Assembly (NCBI GenBank): GCA_052034805.1
Contig: JBPOID010000005.1
Location: 1-48,983, forward strand
DNA: 48,983 bases
Direction of reading: 5' to 3'
Source: Candidatus Tayloriibacteriota bacterium
GTDB taxonomy: Bacteria > Patescibacteriota > Minisyncoccia > Phycocordibacterales > PALSA-1337
The first letter of the stretch is position 1; every line of letters starts with the position of its first letter. This document shows, one piece after another, positions 45,986 to 48,983 of this stretch. The position numbers and the translations under genes are program-made. The notes beneath the pieces were generated by a model that saw nothing but the letters and a program-made list of their open reading frames with translations, was not told the origin of the DNA and did no database searches.

Positions 45986-46399
45986 TTAATTAATATTTAT
46001 AATTATTTCTACCCGACCTTTCCCGTCCTTGGCTATTTCGCTTTTGAATGAGCCGTCTAGGTTTTTGTCGTTGTAGAAGAGAGCATCGGCGATCGAGCCG
46101 AAGATATTTTCGGGATCGCCATGAGTGTTGTCTTTCCAAAAGATGCGAATGTCCATTACTGCATTCTCGCTTTCCTCGAGCTTGATCGGCTTTTTGGCGA
46201 TACGCAGGGACCGCACATGGACCTTGAAATCGATGTTGAGAAGGGACCGGAGGAACGCATCCTGTACATATACCTTCCAGGCCGTATATCTCTGTGCCTC
46301 TGGCGTCCACTGCTGCCGGTATGTTTTTCTGATCTTCGGTATGGCATTTCCCAGCCTGTCTTCCTGGTTACCATTTAGGGTGAATGAGAATTGCTTCAT
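45986..46399 (-). CDS. RusA-like Holliday junction resolvase (tentative)
   Basis: ORF track. GDPENIFGSIADALFYNDKNLDG resembles the RusA D-x-D-N-x-x-K-x-x-x-DAL region. Confidence 0.45.
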   Translation of the reverse strand: MKQFSFTLNGNQEDRLGNAIPKIRKTYRQQWTPEAQRYTAWKVYVQDAFLRSLLNIDFKVHVRSLRIAKKPIKLEESENAVMDIRIFWKDNTHGDPENIFGSIADALFYNDKNLDGSFKSEIAKDGKGRVEIIININ

Positions 46400-46962
46400 A
46401 GGTTTTGATTATTGGTTTTTAAAGAAAACTTCTCGGTGATTCCCGCCCTGAGTCTCAAAAACTCAGGGCGGTTATCCACAGGTGGATCGAGTGATTGTCT
46501 AATACTAGGTTTCTCTTTGTTTCCTTGGTTTTGTGTGTCTACTAGGTAGACCGATTTCGGTCTATTCTTTAGACCACTTTTGGTCAATTTTCTAGACTGG
46601 TCTACTAGATTGACTACTTTATCCACAGGCATTTCAAGGTTAATTTTGTAAAGATTTCCCTTACTGTTTTTGGTTGAAATTACTACCCCTGCACGGACCA
46701 GATTTTTGAGTCCTTCCGAGACAGATTGGCGAGATAATCCAGTACCATAATCAAGAACTACTCCTTTCCGGTCCTTTATCCCTTCCATAAATTGCGAAAA
46801 GCTAATGCGATCCGATTCCTTTTGGAAGCCGAAGGTGCGACGGCATATGTAGATTAAACATCGTGCTTCAGCTTCAGGAATAAGAGGAATAATCTTGTCG
46901 AGAAGAATATTTGGCAACTGCGTACTATTTGGTATTAAATTGTATTTTTTGTGTTCTTCCAT
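46396..46962 (-). CDS. phage replication initiation protein (replication protein O N-terminal-like wHTH)
   Basis: ORF track. EAEARCLIYICRRTFGFQKESDRISFSQFMEG...TGLSRQSVSEGLKNLVRAGVV. Confidence 0.65.
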   Translation of the reverse strand: MEEHKKYNLIPNSTQLPNILLDKIIPLIPEAEARCLIYICRRTFGFQKESDRISFSQFMEGIKDRKGVVLDYGTGLSRQSVSEGLKNLVRAGVVISTKNSKGNLYKINLEMPVDKVVNLVDQSRKLTKSGLKNRPKSVYLVDTQNQGNKEKPSIRQSLDPPVDNRPEFLRLRAGITEKFSLKTNNQNL

Positions 46963-46974
46963 TTTGATGAAGAA

Positions 46975-47073
46975 AGAAAGCGCCGGTAGGCGTTATCTTC
47001 CCTTGGCCTTCTGATCTCAATCCTCGCGCCACTGCGACGAGGACTGAGTCAGTGGCCAAAGTCAGCGCTTTCT
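46975..47073 (-). other. 99-nt rod-like intercistronic hairpin (about 33 bp of nested helices)
   Basis: Nested pairs: agaaagcgc/gcgctttct, ttggcc/ggccaa, ctga/tcag, ctcaa/ctgag (G-U only on the minus strand), tcctcg/cgagga, cgc/gcg. It starts 2 nt after the ATPase stop and ends 12 nt before the rep ATG. Confidence 0.5.
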
Positions 47074-47075
47074 AT

Positions 47076-48221
47076 CTATTTTGTTTTTGCCTTGGCCTCT
47101 GTTTTCTTGGCTGGCTTCTCGACCTTTGGTTCTGGCTTCTTCATCTCCGCTCCCTCGACTTGAATGTGTTTCTGCACAAAGTCTTGGATTCTCTTGAATC
47201 CGGCTTCCAATGCTTCAGGTCTCAATGATTCGACCACCGTCCAGCTCATAGTGTCGAAGGCATACTTGATGGCGTCGATCTTAAGTTTCTTCTGGTCGGC
47301 GGACTGTCCTGGCCAAACGGAGACGAGATAATTCTCGATCTCCTCGAGCCAACGCTTTTTCATTTGCTTCCATTCGTACTTTTCTTCCTCTGTTCGGAAG
47401 AGCGTTCCTGCATCACGTTCTGCCGTAGTTTCTAGTTTTTCAGGAGCTTCAAGCATCACATCAATGGCTGGTGCAAAATCCTTGTAATCAGGATTTTCGA
47501 AGACCTTGCCATCGATTACAGTTGAGCGGTCTTTGATGACAATGCCTTGTCTCGTAACCTTTTTAATTGAGCCTCCTTCCATTTCCTGCATGCGCTCCAT
47601 AAGGACGAGTAGGTCGGGCTCATAGGCGGTTTCGCCTTCAACCTTCATCTTTATCCCCGACTTATAGATTTCTCTTTTGCCAGTCTCCTTGTTAATCTCG
47701 TTCTCATACTCATATCCAGCACGGCCTGTCATGATAATGTTGTAAGGGTCACGAACGAAGACATCAGAAAATTCAGTCTTCCATGTAGGCTTGATCACGC
47801 CCCAGTCCTGAAATTCCAATCTGGTGCGTCTAACCTTCTCTGCGTATGATTTGAGAAAGTCCTCCCAGACATGGCTAATGGAATCTATGATCAGGACATC
47901 ACTTGCGCCTTCTCTCATGCGAGTCATAGTTTCCTTGAGGTCAGCAAGGGATTTTGATTCACGGACCAGCACCTCGATCCCTTCTGCTGCGAACATAGAT
48001 TTTAGGAACTTAGCCGCCTTCTCGGTGTCAAAGATGATGACTGGCTTCTTTGATCCGACTCTCTTGTGTAAACCTATGGCAACTTTCGCTGCCGTGTAGG
48101 TCTTACCCGTTCCTGCGAAGCCTTCGAAGGCCGCCTTGAAGTAGGGTTTGGTGTTGCCTATTAACGCGAAGAAGTTGTCTTGCGTTCTTGGCTTACCTGT
48201 TGTTAAATTTTGTGTGTTCAT
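47076..48221 (-). CDS. phage RecA-like/AAA ATPase (AAA_24-like)
   Basis: The ORF track gives 48374. ATG 48219-48221 (MNTQNL...) is preferred. Walker A GFAGTGKT, Walker B VLIIDSISH, and a Lys-rich tail. Confidence 0.65.
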   Translation of the reverse strand: MNTQNLTTGKPRTQDNFFALIGNTKPYFKAAFEGFAGTGKTYTAAKVAIGLHKRVGSKKPVIIFDTEKAAKFLKSMFAAEGIEVLVRESKSLADLKETMTRMREGASDVLIIDSISHVWEDFLKSYAEKVRRTRLEFQDWGVIKPTWKTEFSDVFVRDPYNIIMTGRAGYEYENEINKETGKREIYKSGIKMKVEGETAYEPDLLVLMERMQEMEGGSIKKVTRQGIVIKDRSTVIDGKVFENPDYKDFAPAIDVMLEAPEKLETTAERDAGTLFRTEEEKYEWKQMKKRWLEEIENYLVSVWPGQSADQKKLKIDAIKYAFDTMSWTVVESLRPEALEAGFKRIQDFVQKHIQVEGAEMKKPEPKVEKPAKKTEAKAKTK

Positions 48222-48297
48222 TATGGTTATTGACTTCCCATGAGGTTTTTGAGATGATGGATGTGTTGAAGATCCTATCTCTCCTCGCGGGGAGATT

Positions 48298-48591
48298 TTA
48301 TTTTTTGAATAATTTAGTAATTCTTTTGTCTGCTGCGGTAAGCTGAACTTTTGTGATCTGACCGATGATCTCACTTAGCAATCCGTCATAGATGATTCCA
48401 TGAGCCATAGTTACGGCTTTGTCATCTTCAGCATCAAGGTTAGTTAACTTACCCATAAGTTCGCCTGTGTAATGGGCTACCTCATCTAGCACTTCGAGAA
48501 GGATCCGTTCATCAACTATTGCCGGTGCTTTGTCCTTCACTAGCGTCAATGCTTCTCTGGCCAATACTTTCATTTGTGCTTGTGTTTTCAT
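48298..48591 (-). CDS. hypothetical phage early protein
   Basis: ORF track; overlaps the upstream SymE-like ORF by 80 nt, so one of the two limits is doubtful. Confidence 0.45.
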   Translation of the reverse strand: MKTQAQMKVLAREALTLVKDKAPAIVDERILLEVLDEVAHYTGELMGKLTNLDAEDDKAVTMAHGIIYDGLLSEIIGQITKVQLTAADKRITKLFKK

Positions 48592-48838
48592 GTGCGTATC
48601 CTGTGATTCTCCGTCTGCGGATTTCTGCCTTTTCTTTGAGTACTTTGTGTCGTTCCCTGCTCAAAGTTGGATTTCTCCGCAATTGGATTTCGTTCGACTG
48701 ATAATCGATATCGACAACATCTCCTATGTTCAATCGATATTTTCTTGTGAGCCATTTACCTTCGAGAATGATGGCCGGTATGCCATATCGTCGATAGGTG
48801 ACGGCTCGAGTGTTTTTTATGTTCTTCATTGGTAGCAT
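48512..48838 (-). CDS. SymE-family (AbrB/SpoVT-fold) toxin-like protein
   Basis: ORF track. YGIPAIILEGKWLTRKYRLNIGDVVDIDYQSNEIQL parallels E. coli SymE ...[34 protein letters not shown]. Confidence 0.65.
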   Translation of the reverse strand: MLPMKNIKNTRAVTYRRYGIPAIILEGKWLTRKYRLNIGDVVDIDYQSNEIQLRRNPTLSRERHKVLKEKAEIRRRRITGYAHENTSTNESIGQRSIDASEGQSTGNS

Positions 48839-48886
48839 CAGACTGTGTGCACCAGTCGATCCCTTTCGGGCAATGATTAGGTTCGA

Positions 48887-48983
48887 TCATATGAAGGATT
48901 TCATGAGGATCGTGCTGCCTCCCTCGACATGGTTATCGGGCAAGACGATTCTGTGCTCAATGAAGCAATTTCTTCCGAGCTTC
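48887..48983 (-). CDS. 3' end of an ORF entering from beyond the right edge
   Basis: My translation: ...KLGRNCFIEHRIVLPDNHVEGGSTILMKSFI*, with TGA at 48887-48889. Too short to classify. Confidence 0.3.
   Translation of the reverse strand, partial: KLGRNCFIEHRIVLPDNHVEGGSTILMKSFI

Larger units (their letters stand above)
25160..48983 (-). mobile_element. HK97-like siphovirus prophage / phage-derived region (right end outside the window; left boundary approximate)
   Basis: Uninterrupted minus-strand modules: early/replication, methyltransferases, terminase, portal, protease, HK97 capsid, connectors, major tail, G/GT chaperone, tape measure, fibres, lysis. No integrase or att site is identified within this span. 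Confidence 0.85.

Overview
Mosaic window, almost entirely minus-strand coding, with visible compositional blocks (judged by eye, not computed). (i) 1-3.66 kb, AT-rich: a partial LamG-domain secreted protein and several small membrane-protein genes. Three diverged copies of a GAPDH-type C-terminal coding remnant sit here, each directly upstream of a different membrane-protein gene. (ii) 3.66-13.75 kb, GC-richer island: a tyrosine recombinase with a hairpin-dense leader, a degenerate PRTase-like gene and a YerC/TrpR-like gene. It also carries an orphan biosynthetic operon of two paralogous cobalamin-type radical SAM enzymes, two acyltransferase-like proteins and a GH3 amido synthetase. (iii) 13.9-17.2 kb, AT-rich housekeeping-like membrane genes: MFS transporter flanked by two paralogous small membrane proteins, DUF4105, SemiSWEET. 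(iv) 17.3-25.1 kb defence block: type III R-M (mod-res) plus a C5-cytosine methyltransferase whose 3' end overlaps a GHKL-ATPase/HEPN fusion gene. (v) 25.2-48.98 kb HK97-like siphovirus prophage or phage-derived region, ordered lysis, tail fibres, tail, head, packaging, two DNA methyltransferases, replication/early genes. Its right end lies outside the window. I found no rRNA, tRNA or CRISPR array. The candidates I rate highest for novelty are the gap-remnant cassette array, the island-borne rSAM/GNAT/GH3 cluster and the Dcm + GHKL-HEPN pair. All functional calls come from motif recognition by eye; no database search was possible.
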